Part shown: piece by piece, positions 24,804 to 37,695 of the stretch
Layout of the letters: every line of letters begins with the position of its first letter
Numbering within the stretch: the stretch's first letter is position 1
NCBI GenBank assembly: GCA_951406725.2
Contig: OX597821.1
Coordinates: 100,192,001 to 100,256,000 of the forward strand
Origin: Octopus vulgaris
Taxonomy: Eukaryota
Length of the DNA: 64,000 bases
Reading direction: 5' to 3'
The notes under the pieces: model-generated
Told to the model about the DNA's origin: nothing
Databases searched by the model: none
What the model saw: the letters and a program-made list of their open reading frames with translations, nothing else
Program-made: the position numbers and the translations under genes

Positions 24804-24838
24804 TTTCTGATGAAGGAGTAGCATCTGAAACGTCAAGA
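24804..24838 (+). ncRNA. Minimal hammerhead motif (canonical core, weak stem I)
   Basis: UUU-CUGAUGA-A-GGA guagca UCU-GAAA-CGU-C^-AAG. ACGU palindrome, GUC triplet. Confidence 0.6.
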
Positions 24839-24956
24839 CCTTTTATTTTTATTTAATCGTTAAACTAACATAATATTCGCTACAACTTGTCCCTCCCATG
24901 CTATTTTCTCTTGTACTCATTACCTAATGCATACACGCACACACATACATATAAAC

Positions 24957-25022
<66 letters not shown>

Positions 25023-25051
25023 TTATTTATATATATTTATTTATATATATG

Positions 25052-25083
<32 letters not shown>

Positions 25084-25291
25084 ATATATTATATTAGAGA
25101 AAAAAATTCAAAGAAATTGCTTCACAAATAACATTCCGCTCTAATAATTAGATATTTATAAGTTATTAGGTAAACGCCTAATTATTAATAGAAAATGGGA
25201 AAATTACCTGAAAAACCATTTCCATTCATTTTTCCAAATATATAATGCTGTACCTAGGACTTCCTATTTCTTATTCAGCTATATATATGTA

Positions 25292-25359
<68 letters not shown>

Positions 25360-26244
25360 TCATCTTTTCCCTTCCATTAGATTTGGTTAAATAAATTTAC
25401 AATGTGACGTCGTCTAATATTTTGAAGCGTCTACTATTATATCCAGGCATTTTCTTTCATATTACAGTAATCTCTTTAAATATGGAGTTCCTGCTGATTA
25501 TAATTCCATTACATTACTTGCATTCATTATTTAAATCCCATTCTTCATTCTCAGTCAATTATCGCTTCGAGTACAGCAAGCCAACTCTTCGTGTATCATT
25601 ATTACTATTTTCATATGTTTTTGAATATCTTCTTTACCAGAACGATGATTTTGGCTTGGGTTCTCTTGTCTATCAGCTCATATGACAAATGTATCTTTTG
25701 TAAATCCTTCAGCGTTTTCATTTTTTTCGTTTCTTTTTCTTTTTATATATTTTATAGTTATTCAGTGACAGCAATTTTTAAGCTCTGGAAATCCCGTTAT
25801 TGTCATTTAGCTACACTAAATAGGTTCTGATACGATAGCAAATTATTACAATCAATCTTCAGTGATGGATTGCTATTTCTACAAGCTTACATTTACTCTA
25901 AAATGGACTAAAACACGTTTATCTAATAATGTATGTGTGTGCGTAAATGAGGCTTATTTCCATTGTCAGGATAAAATGAAATAATGTATTTCCTAACTTC
26001 ATCAAAGTCACAATTGAGCGACCCTGTTGAGTTGTGAGGAGTCAAATTAACTTACTTGGTTGTAGCCCTGACGTGCAAGAGATTCAGTTGTATCCCAAGG
26101 ACAGTGTTTCTGATCACGTTGTTTTTCACACATTCTTTGCAAGAGAAGGTGCAATTGATATGCTCTCTTTGGCTATAATTTTCCATGTAGACAAAGGATG
26201 AGGTTACTAATTGCGATATTATGATTGTAGACACTATAAGATGA

Positions 26245-26440
26245 CAAAATGGCTGAATCGTTTGCACTTCGGATAAAACGCTTAACGTCATTTCTTTTGG
26301 ATCTTTATGGTCTGAGTTCAAATCCCGCTGAGATCAGCATAACCTTTCATCCCTTATGGGGTCGATAAAATAAGTAAGTCAAGTACTGGGGGCGATGTAA
26401 GCGATTTGCCCTTTCACCTCCAAATAGTTGACCTTGAATG
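26245..26440 (+). mobile_element. SINE family B, diverged
   Basis: tctgagttcaaatcccgc...cctttcatccct..ggggtcgataaaataagta. Confidence 0.75.
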
Positions 26441-27374
26441 CAACGGATTGGCGCCCTGTTCTGGAAAGCAAATAACCGACCTTATGTATCTCACGGCTAG
26501 AGATAAGAAAGACACCTACATAAGATGTACAAATACAACACACCCAGAATTTACCGTTTCCCAAATGGAGATTCTACAATATTTCGTTTTTGCCACTCAC
26601 ACTCTTTTTTATATATGTCTTTTGTTTTTGCTGTAATAGCTTACAGCTTATCGAAGTGTAGCACTGTATTTTCATTCATGGCCAGAGGTTGCTAGATAAT
26701 AAATTGGAATTAGGTAAAGGCTGGGAATATGAAAAATATGGTGAGGATTTGTGTTCTCAATAATTTATCATCCATCAGTGAGTTCATAGAATATCAATAA
26801 ATCCAATAATATCGATAAAGAGTAGAAAGTGAAGTATTCCGGGCTGCAGTTCATTGATGGAGGCAAAAAAAGACAAAAGTGTTGTTGGGTTGAAGCCTGG
26901 GGAGTGGTTCTTCATTTACTGCATATAGTCAGACCGTCGACGACAAATATTCTTCATCGTCTACTCTTTTTGTTTTTGAAAGACAAGGCAGTGATGTAGC
27001 TCGACTGTGTGTCGCCGAGATACCCGAGTAGGCCTGGAGCAGTTTGCCTCTTGACACCCACCAGCTACGCTGCTGAAGCAAGAGGTAGTCTATTCAATAC
27101 TCACGTGTGAGCTGATCAGTATTTTACCAAACTGAAAGAAGATTCTTTTACTTTCTCAAATAGCTTTCTACGACCAGGTTTTACATCTAACTACCATAAT
27201 GTTGAGTTGTTCAACTAAAAATGCAGTCGTGAATAGGATACTAATCTAACTCTCTTATTATCTATTGCCTCACTTCTGGCAATGTATAGCAGAACTAGCA
27301 GAGTTAGAAAATTCTTCCAAGGGAACAATGTAACGACTGTTGAGTAGTAAAATTCAATTAATATCAAAATATAT

Positions 27375-27590
27375 TTTGGTTTCAAAGTTTAGTGAAAGGC
27401 CAGCAGTTTTGGGGGAGGCGGGTATGTCGATTACATCGACCCCCGGTGCTTATTTGGCACTTATTTATCGACCCTAAAAGGATGAAAGGCAAAGTCGACA
27501 TTGGCGGGATTTGAACTGAGGATGTAAAGCCGGACGAAATGCCGCTAAGTATTTTGGCCGGCCAGTTAACTAATATGCCAGCTCACCGCG
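27375..27590 (-). mobile_element. SINE family B
   Basis: ttatcgaccctaaaaggatgaaaggcaaagtcgac. Confidence 0.85.
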
Positions 27591-27608
27591 TAACTACCAA
27601 AATATATC

Positions 27609-27896
27609 GTTTGTTCCTTCTCGAGCCATGCCTGAATCATAAGAGCTAGTTTCCCGGTTTCCTTGGCGTATAGGTTCCCCATCTGGACGGGACGCCGGTC
27701 CGTCGCAGATGAGCTGCAAGATGCAGGAGGAAAGAGTGAGAGAAAGTTGCGGCGAAATTGTCAGCAGAAGTTCGCCATTACCTTCTGCCGGAGCCGCGTG
27801 GAGCTTAGGTGTTTCGCTCACAAACACACGCATCGCCCGGTCTGAGATTCGAACCCGCGAGTACGCTGCTCTAACCACTAGGCCATGTGCCTCCAC
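27609..27896 (-). mobile_element. SINE family C (tRNA head) with 13-bp TSD
   Basis: Minus-strand head tggaggcacatggcctagtggttagagcagcg...gggttcgaatc carries A/B boxes. TSD accaaaatatatc at 27596-27608 and 27897-27909. The same tail occurs on + at 23160-23220. Confidence 0.9.
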
Positions 27897-29159
27897 ACCA
27901 AAATATATCTTAAAGAGAAATCACAAAAAAAATATACCTTAAAGGAAGACAATTACTTTTTAACAAATACTTTTTTAAACTTTGGTTCAAATCTTATTCC
28001 AGACTTCTGTGAACTTTATTCTGCTGAACCCAAGACTAACACAAGATACACATTTCTGACTTATCTGTCTAAAGTTAAGTTTTCATAGCTGCACCTGAAC
28101 ACTACTTCTAAGACAATATATTATCCACTTGAAATACAAACTGACGGGTTGATAGCAGTATGGTTATATCAATAGAATACTAATTGACGGGTTGATAGCA
28201 GTATGGTTATATCATTTCTATTTTTGAGTTAATATAAAATAAAATGTTTTCGATAAAATACTTCTCATTTAATCTTTCTTTGGCCGTTAGCCGTCCGGCC
28301 TCTTCCGTTGCTGTCTGAAACGAGATCTTCACACTTCCTCTAAAATTATATCCACCAATGTCGTGATTCTTTCACTTAGCAGTCATTCTCTACACTGGCG
28401 TGGTAAATGTTATCGACACCAGTCAGCGTAAATTTATCACAGCACTCACTTCTCCTACTTCCACCTCTCCTCCAATCGCTGTCAAACAAGACAAACAGAT
28501 GTGCAAAAGGCTGAACATATGATGCATCGAACCATTAACCTTCCAAGCAACAATTCACGATGTTTGCTCCTCAAACATGCCAAATAATATGCAGTGAACC
28601 AGAGTATGAGAAATACATTTAGTCATCGGTTAATCAATAATGTTACATTTCCTACTCTTTTCTTCTTTCTATTTCTCGTTTATATTCAAACAATCGTTCT
28701 TTTCATTGTTTTTTCTAGTTTTATAAATTCTGTTTTCTTTCTTCCTCAAACACCCACTTTCGCTTTCACTATCTCCTTATTTTACATTCTGCATTTTTCA
28801 CCATTTATCTTTTATTCATTTCACTCTTACATTCACTTTTACTTTTTAGTTTTACTTTATTTAGTATCATAAAGGAGATATCCTGCTAACAGTATATCCA
28901 ATATTGTTTATAACTAACCTGAAATCAGAATATTTGAGGCAGTAAGAACACTGAGACATTTTAAACAATTATTAATTCTAAGTTCGGTCGAAATGACGTC
29001 TGGATGATATATAGTATTCAATTGAATTATATTTTTATTTTCAATAATATATAAATATTTGAAAACATGAGTAATATTTACATATAAAATACATCTTAAT
29101 ATACAATAGTAGATTCTTGTATAAATGTTTTTAAAACTAATTTATTTTCTGTATAATAG

Positions 29160-29279
29160 CTGTAAGCAAAGAAAGAGGAAAAAAAAAAGAAACCAACAAT
29201 ATTGTGAGTGACATGACAAATGTTACATTACAAATGCCAGACAAGGTGGAACCTGCAAGCAGTCACGAGTTTAAATAAG
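29160..29279 (+). CDS. Candidate stop-containing exon, phase-compatible with 16484-16573
   Basis: Acceptor tttattttctgtataatag and donor ag|gtaagt. Phase-1 frame VSKERGKKKETNNIVSDMTNVTLQMPDKVEPASSHEFK*. Confidence 0.25.
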
Positions 29280-29714
29280 GTAAGTACAGAATGTTATTAC
29301 AAAGAAATTCTTACTTTATTCATGAGCCTGACGAAATATAAAATTCTATTCTCCAGCTATTAGGTTTTTTATTAATGACGTAAGACATAGATTTTAGGTG
29401 TTTTTGTATTGTTTGGCTAAATTTAAACAAAGCTTGTTCCCAGATCTTCAAGGGACATAGAAGAATTCATCAGACACAAGCTGTATTTTTTCTGATGGAA
29501 TCTAAAAATGAAAGGATTCTGGCGTTATGTCTCCGGGTCATGCAACTTTAAAACATAGGTAATTTTTCTCATTTCTCGTTGCATAATCCAAAAGAAGAGG
29601 GGATGTAAGGAAACACTTATTCCCAAATCTAGTTAAAATCCTACTCGTTTTCCTATATTGATTTTTGCAATAGTTTTGTTGCTTTGATATAATGTAATCC
29701 AGAAAGTTATGAGC

Positions 29715-30189
29715 TCCCTGAGTCGTTAGCACGCCGAGGAACATGCCTAGAGGCATTTCGTCCGTCTATTCGTGCTGAGCTCAAATTCTGCTGAAGTTGA
29801 CTTTGCTTTTCATCCTTTCAGAATTAATAAAATAAGTACCAGTTGAACACTGGGGTCGATGAACTCGACAAGTCTCCTCCCGCAAAATTTCAGGCTTTGT
29901 GCCAACGGCAGAAAGGAATAAAATACAATCCAGTTGTTGCTCTTCCTACATAAAACGACTGATGTGAAATACAGAAAAATCATCATCATCACCATCCTCA
30001 TCTTCATCCAAAGTATTTTGCCCGGAGGCAAAATACTTGGTGGCATTTCTGCGTTCAAATGCTGTCGAGATCAACTTTATTTTTCATCCTCTTGGGGTCG
30101 ATGAAATAAGTACCAGTCAAGCACTATGGTCGAGGTGACCGACTATTTCCACCAAACGAAATTGCTGACCTTGTAGCTATTGTAGAAAG

Positions 30190-30190
<1 letters not shown>
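29715..30190 (+). mobile_element. Two SINE family B copies
   Basis: Central motif tttcatcct...gataaaataagtaccagt at about 29810 and about 30085. Confidence 0.8.
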
Positions 30191-30242
<52 letters not shown>

Positions 30243-30279
30243 GATTGTTATTGTTGCTGTTGTCTTTAATGGCTATGTC

Positions 30280-31380
30280 GGGTCGATTATCCTGGATCAT
30301 TCTGCCAATGTTGAGTGGTAATTCCCAAGGATAGTGATATTTTTACCTTCAACGACAGGCTCAGGATGATGTTCATACCAGTAAGCAGGAATTTGATTTT
30401 GTAGTGTTTACATATTTTCCAATCTAAATACTGCCCTATCCTATCGTGGCGATTTTTGTATGCATTAGGGCGGCGAGCTAGCAGAACCGTTAGCACGCCA
30501 GGCGAAATGCATAGTCGTATTTCGTCTGCCGTTACGTTCTGAGTTCAAATTCCGCCGAGGTCGACTTTGCCTTTCATCCTTTCGGGTTCGATAAATTAAG
30601 TACCAGTTACGCACTGGGGTCGATGTTATCGACTTAATCCGTTTGTCTGTCCTTGTTTGTCCCCTCTGTGTTTAGCCCCTTGTGGGTAGTAAAGAAATAG
30701 ATTTCTGTATGAGTTTGGTGTCAGTACAGGGCATCCCGAGACGAGATGGTCTATTGCTTCATCAAATTTATCGCAGAATCTGCATTTAAGGTCAGAACCG
30801 TTTTGAAGAACGTTGGCCTGGTAGTTTTTGGTAAGCAAGCTTCAATCTTGTGCCGCTAATATGAAACCTTCAGTCTATGCTTTCAGTCCTGAGCTTCTCA
30901 GCCAGTGATGGGTTGTTGCTTGGTCTACATCAGCATTTCGGTTTCGAAGTATATACTGTCCATGCAGAGGCTTCTGCAGTCTCTTTGGTCCGTTTTTGCT
31001 TGTTTGATGGTAGTGGCCTCAGGTTCTTCATCTAATCTGGGCTTAATGCCGAGTTCCCTTGCAAATTTGCAAGCTTCCATGACAACAGAATGTATTTTTT
31101 TTATTGCTTCCGTGTTTGCACACAAGCCGGAGCATCCAGTTCTTTGTACTAGATAAATACTTGTTCATTGCTATTGTGGGGGTCTTATAGAACAGTTCTA
31201 TTTGCATCATTCCTCTTCCCCCATTAACGTCTGCATTTGGGTGGTGCATGTCCTTAGATTCCAGTTAATGATGTTAAAACTGTATTGGACTACTAGAAGG
31301 GTATTAGTGGCTTCGATGCGATCTTTAGAGTTGAGTTCGATTTTAGTATGACTCTTAATCTCTTGTAAAATTCGTTTCTT
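30280..31380 (-). mobile_element. Decayed R4/Dong-clade non-LTR retrotransposon (CCHC region), interrupted by a SINE
   Basis: Minus strand: EGFILAAQD, CRFCDKFDEAIDHLVSGCPVL, YKNRHDRIGQYLDWKICKHY, YEHHPEPVVEGKNITIL, GGRGMMQIE. Confidence 0.85.
30463..30699 (+). mobile_element. Young SINE family B with 12-bp TSD inside the R4-like element
   Basis: gattt(t/c)tgtatg at 30451-30462 and 30700-30711. Confidence 0.9.
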
Positions 31381-32064
31381 ATTTGTTATGTTTTACCAGT
31401 TGGTTATTTAGATATCCTTTGTAAATTTGACTCCAGAACAACTACAGGAAGAACATATACTTTGACAGAAAAAGAAATGGAAAATGCATCAGAGTTATTA
31501 ATTTCAAGAAAATTGTCTCATTAAATTTCAAACATTTCAGAATTTCATCTAACAAGTACCAAATCATTTAAAGCAATGCAAGGGTGGGAGGTTGGGACAT
31601 GTGGTTTCATCTGCTAAACTACTAGGAGTGGGCCCTTGGGCGATGGGGATGATGCAAAGTGTTGGTAGAGGCATTCCCACCATTGGCCATAGCAGAGCTT
31701 AAAAGTAGTTACAATTAAAGCAGACATTATTACTGAAATAATAAAAGTGCCTGTTTTAATTATTAGCACTTTGTTTTCTCCTTCAAACTCAAACTGTCTT
31801 GCTTAGCAAGCGGTTTTTGATAATTTGTCACCACTTGTTACACTAAATATATTATTAAAATAATTCCCATTGAAGTCTCAGTATGAATTTCTTTATGTGA
31901 GTTGTGACTAAGTAGGGCAGTATTTGGACAAATTTTCAAAAAATCGATGACCGCGCCTTTTGAGCTATGAAATGTCAAAGGTCAAATTTAAGGGCAACTT
32001 TTATATTTTATTGTAAGGAGAAGAAATACGCTAAAGTGGAAAAGATTATAAAAGTGGCGATTAA

Positions 32065-32660
32065 AGATGGCGAGCTGGCAAAATCGTTAGTACACCGGGC
32101 AAAACGCTCAGCGTTCCGAGTTCAAATTCTGCTGAGGCAGACGTTACTTTTTATCCTTTCGAGGTCGATAAAATAAGTACCATTTGATGTAATCGATGTA
32201 ATTGACTTTACCCTTCCCGTAAAAGTGCTGGTCCTGTGCCATAATTTGTAACTATTATTAAAAGGGCGGTGGAATCGCAGAACCGTTTGAACATTGGAAA
32301 AATCCCACCGTGTTCAAATCAGTCTTTCATTCATCCATGGGTCGATATAATAAAGTACCAGCTAAGTATAGTGGTTGGTTGATGCAATTGACGAAATCCC
32401 CTCCACTCAAATTTTCTGCCCTGGTGCCTTTCTGTTTTTTTCTTTTTAGAAACAATTACGAAATCATTAAAGTATCGGGAAATATGTCTTCCAGTATTTC
32501 TAACTGTATCCATTCTGATTCCCAATCGCATCGATGTCAATTTTTCCTTTCATCCTTCCTGGATTGAGAAAATTAACTACCAGCTATATACTGGTCCCGA
32601 TGACATCGATTACGATCTCTCTCCCCTAAAAATCGCAAGCCTTGTGCCTAAAGCATATGT
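32065..32660 (+). mobile_element. Three head-to-tail diverged SINE family B copies
   Basis: Repeated heads (ggcgagctggc, ggcggtggaatcgcagaaccgtt) and central tcatcc..gggtcgata motifs. Confidence 0.7.
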
Positions 32661-33195
32661 AATTATTACAGCTTCTATCATCATCGTCGTCGTCACCATC
32701 ACAAACTGATAAAATTTCTGTAGTTCTAACACGCAAGACAGGAAAATATTCTTCTGATTGGTTATTGTTATTGTGGTATCGATTACAAGATATACAGCTG
32801 CTTTGCGTTGGCGTCTTTTTAAAGACTTTGTATGTTTGATTTTTCAATTAGTTCCAATATAATTTTTCATAATTATTCCTCACTTACCCAACACCGACTT
32901 ACGTTTTTGCTTTCTTTCAAAACCTTGACAATTATAGCGACTAATTACTTCAAATAGAGTTTAATTTAATCATATCAATTTTCCAAGGCAAAGATACGAG
33001 GAAGAAGAGAAGGAGAAGGAGTGGGGGGGAAAGGAAGCGAAGAACAAATATTATCAAATCTTTTATTGTGAAGAATTCTGTTTTATTGTTTCTTTCCTAA
33101 CTCGTCCCTCATTGAAAACTTTCACGGATTATCATAATATTTATGAATGTTATGAACTTTTCAATTAAAATAAAACAAAGCAAATAACTACACCC

Positions 33196-33212
33196 TTCTT
33201 CTTCTTCTTCTT

Positions 33213-33283
<71 letters not shown>

Positions 33284-33303
33284 CATTATTATCATCATCA
33301 TCG

Positions 33304-33358
<55 letters not shown>

Positions 33359-33375
33359 TATTATTATTATTATTA
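33196..33375. repeat. (CTT)n(ATT)n(CAT)n compound microsatellite
   Basis: Direct reading. Confidence 0.95.
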
Positions 33376-34397
33376 ACATTTGAAATAATGACTCATCTGC
33401 ATACTAATTAACAAAACGTTAACAGCATTATTGGATGTTTACGTCAGCAGTGTATCAATAATTAACGCGAAGTAAAAAAGGGGGCGGTGAATTATCAGAA
33501 TCGATAGAAGAGCGTTAGATAAAATAAATGTCTGTTTGTATTTGGTTGCATTCTGTTTCTGCTGTTTCGAATCCTGCCGCAGTCAACATAAGCTTTTATT
33601 TCACTAGATTTGGGTATGATCCAATAAGGCATCACTTGTTGATATTGGTACAGTTTAGCGTGATGTTAAAAGTAGCGTCGAACTCGAACCTTGCCGGTAA
33701 GGGTTGTGCCACCGGCATGGGAAGAGACACCGTTGTGGGGAACTGTGCCGCCAACGGTAGAATAGACTACCTCGAGCCCAGAAGAAGAGGAACTATTGGT
33801 CTCCTTCTACAGAGGCGGAGAGGTAGAAGAGGTGGTGGAAAGGTATCATAAGGGAGTACCTTTAACTTTCACACAGGATCCCGAGTGGCCTCCGCAGATA
33901 GCTATGGAGGTCATAACGGTGGTTGTGGGGTGTAGGCTGGAGGGACTCAACGAAGAATATCGCTTGTGGCCGGGCGACGCCGGCTCGGATCCCGCCTTGG
34001 TCTTGAATGAGGCATGGGGGTTGATGGAGTATACGGGCACAAGCGATGGCGGGGAGGAATAATGACAAAAGGCTGAAAAGCCTCAGAGTTGTAATGTTTA
34101 TTACATTATTGCATGTTATGGTTTTTAAGGGGTTTAACGCCCCAATTCTTAAATGGACTATTAGTTCAAAAATTGTGAAACTGAAGTAAGAGGTTCATTA
34201 CCTCGTTTTGTCTTTTTCTGTGAAAAAAAGAAGAGAATAATGTTTTAGAGAAGCAAAGGATCGGAGGGCGATTTTTGTCTTCTCCCATTAATATCATCCT
34301 TATCACCATTCACCTCATCAATGTCTTTGTCCAGCCCGCAAGCTACTCTGTATCGTGCCTTTATGGCAACATTTTTTAAATAAATTTTGAAATAAAA

Positions 34398-35290
34398 TTG
34401 TTAGCGTGTCGGACAAAATGCTTAGTGACATTTCTTCCGATATTTTACCGTCTGGAGTCGACGTTGCCTGTCAAGCCTGCAGGATCGATGAAGAAAGGTA
34501 CAAGTACTGGGGTCGATGTAATCGACTTGGCCCCTTTCATCTTAAGATTGTTGGACTTGAATCATTCAAGAGACCATCAACCCTGTCAAGGGGATGTTGT
34601 GATCTCGGTCTGTTATACACCATGGAAACCGAGTAACCAGCTTTATGAGTTATAGAGCTCAGGAAAAATAGAGACATTAATATTGTTTGGTCGAATCAGG
34701 CGGCAAGGTGGCAAAATGCTTATTGGCATTTCATACGTCTTTACGTTCCGGGGTCAAATTTCGCCGAGGTCGGCTTTACCTTTTTAATCCTTTTGGGGTC
34801 GATAAAATAAGTACCAGTTGAACACTGGAGTCGATGTAACCGACTTACTCCCTACTACCCAAAAAACTTTCAGGTCTTATTCTTAAATTTCGAACCAATA
34901 TCGTTTAGCTTAAGGCGGCGAGTTGGCAGAATCGTTAGCACGCTGGACAAAATACTTAGCGGCATTTCGGCTGTCTTTATGTTCTGAGTTCAAGTTCCTC
35001 CGAGGTCGACTTTAGCTTTTCATCGGAATCGATAAAACAAGCAGCAGTTGAGCATCAGGGTCGATGTAATCGCCTTATCCCACTCCATCGAAATTCGTTG
35101 GCCTTGTGCCGAATTTAAAGCAAATATTGCTACATGTATTGTAGAATTTGTAGTTACAGTTCCACGAAGTTTTAAATCTAGATAACACAGGCGGCACGTT
35201 AGAAGAATCTTTAGCATACTGGACAAAATGCTTAGCGGTGTTTGTTCCGGTTTTATGTTCTGAGTTCAAATAACGTCGAGGTCAACTCTG
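34398..35290 (+). mobile_element. Cluster of four SINE family B copies
   Basis: Heads at about 34398, 34698, 34912 and 35190 (aggcggc...aaaatgcttag). Confidence 0.8.
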
Positions 35291-37641
35291 CCTGGTATTT
35301 ATTCATCCTTGTGTCTGAACATTCTTCTAACGTCCTGTTATAGACTTTTTCAATGCTCTGTAATTTAATGCACACATATACACATTATGTATACATGACG
35401 GCCTGTCTATTATTATTATTATTATTATTATATATGTATTTATGGCGCACACAGACACATTAAACTAAATAAAATCTCTTAACCTTCTACCGGTTGTGTC
35501 ATTTCTTTTCCTTCTGGCACTCATACTCATTTATTCTTTTCGCATTTATTGTAATCGACCGTGTGTTGTATTAAAGGAGCCATTCGCGTCACCTCTCCTT
35601 CCGCACGGTCGTTCTACAAATAGCAGAATCGTTAGCACGCTGGGCAAAATACTTAGCGACATTTGAGGTCGATATAATAAGTACCAGTTGATGATCAGTG
35701 TCAATCTAATGGACTATCTCCTTGCACTGGAAACTTCAGGTCCTGTGCCATCAACAGAAAGAAACGAATTTAAATTTAAATATGCCATTGTTACTCTCGT
35801 CGTCGTAGTCGTTTTCGTCGTTGTTGTTGCTGTTGTTGTTGTTGTTGTTGTTGTTGTTCTTTTCTTCTTCTTCTTCTTCTTCTTCTTCTTCTTCTTCTTC
35901 TTCTTCTTCTTCTTCGTCGTCGTCGTCTTCTTCCTCTTCTTCTTCTTCTTCTTTAGCCTAAGGCGAACATTGAATGAATGAACTCAATGATCAGAAGCGT
36001 TCCATCCATGATTAACCGTCATGTTTTCTGATGTTGTATGTCCATAGTCCTTTCATCCAATGAATCCAATTCATAATTCCTGACGGCATGATATAGCTTT
36101 GATCGATCGAAATTTGGCTGCTATTTCTAGCATGTAGAAATTCTTGTTCGAATATTCAGATAGAACATACCTTCAGAAGCCTTTTTTTCTTTTCTTTTCT
36201 TTTTTACAAATTATGCAACTAAATATATAAAACATTTTCTCTGTAAAGAAGACACATTTTCATGTCTCCAAAATGGCGAATATATTTCCTAACATCTCGC
36301 TCTGCATCATTCATCTGAGACAGCTTGTTGGAAAAACTTCCTTGATTTTATTTTACCTTTTCCAACTATTTATTGCATAGCAAATTCCATAAGTCATCCA
36401 TCTTAAGTTCTTTTCATGTCTATCTCAATTTCTCCATATAGTGACAAGCATTTTTCTTCATCTTTCCTAATATTATTATTATAACTATTCTCTCTTTCTT
36501 TTCTTTCTCGGAACATATATATACCGCTTGCTTTTGTTTGTGTGTGGGTTTATAGGTTTTGATAAACGAAGGAATTTTACAGAAATATACATGTTGTAGC
36601 CGTAACAAATCCACTGTACATCTAACTATTATGCATCTCCCTCGTCGCCATCCTATTGCTTTTCATGTCCTTTCTTCCAAGAAACATCAGACGATACTTT
36701 CACATAGGTCGTGTCTATACAAGTTAAAGCATAAATACTGTTATCGAAAGCCTTCAATGATGTTTCTCAACCCGTTCAGGTCTTTGTTATTTCATGCAAA
36801 CCTGAAGTAGCCAATGAATAGCTGTTGTGAAACTATTATCGCAAGCTTGTCTTTGCCGCTGGTTTGCTTTCATTGGCAGTAGTCAGGTTCTGAACGTAAA
36901 TATGTAGAATATCTTTTGTATTTATAGATTAATTCAACGAAACGAAAAAAAAAAGAAAAGAGAGAAAAGAAAAGAAGAAAGAGAAGAAAAAAGAAAAAGG
37001 AAAAGAAAAGAAAAATTCTTCTTCCTATCGAAACCTTTATACAGGCACCGATATGAATTCTAATAGCCGTTTATAGATGTCTCTCTTCAATCCGTTTCTT
37101 TTCGACGCCATGAAAATTATATAATTTCTTTCATGCATGGTTAATTTCAGACATGACTAGGTGCAGGCATAGCTGTGTGATAAAGAATTTTGCTCAAAAG
37201 CATATGGTTTCGGGTTCAGTCCAACTGCGAGGCAAATGTCTTCTACTATAGACTCGCGCCATGGTGAGAAACTGTGTGGAAACCTGTCGTATACATACAT
37301 ACATGCATAATACATACATGCATAATACATACATGCAAACACGCATATTTGAGGAGATTCGTTATAAGTATAAGTATATACCATAAACAAGCATAAAAAA
37401 TGGAGATAAGATGTTGGAACAGAAATAGATTTATTATAAAACTGGATCCAATGCGTTTTGAAAAACAATGCAGAAATGTAAGTTTATGTGCATCCTTGTG
37501 TTTGTGTCTGTCCCTCTACCGTCGCTTCACAACCGACATTGGTGTGTCTACGTCCACGTAACTTAGCGGGCCAGCAAAGAAGCCCGATAGAAAAAGTACG
37601 AGCCTTTTCTTTAAATGAATGAAACAAGTAAAATGATAACA

Positions 37642-37692
<51 letters not shown>

Positions 37693-37695
37693 ATA

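Noticed and set aside
27840-27896. tRNA-like sequences (also 58539-58610 and SINE A heads)
   Set aside because: No complete cloverleaf. They continue into SINE bodies, one with a TSD.
28142-28214. 30-bp direct repeat tgacgggttgatagcagtatggttatatca
   Set aside because: A simple local duplication with no further structure.
29430-29485. CUGAUGA on the minus strand
   Set aside because: No GAAA or stem III in the right position.
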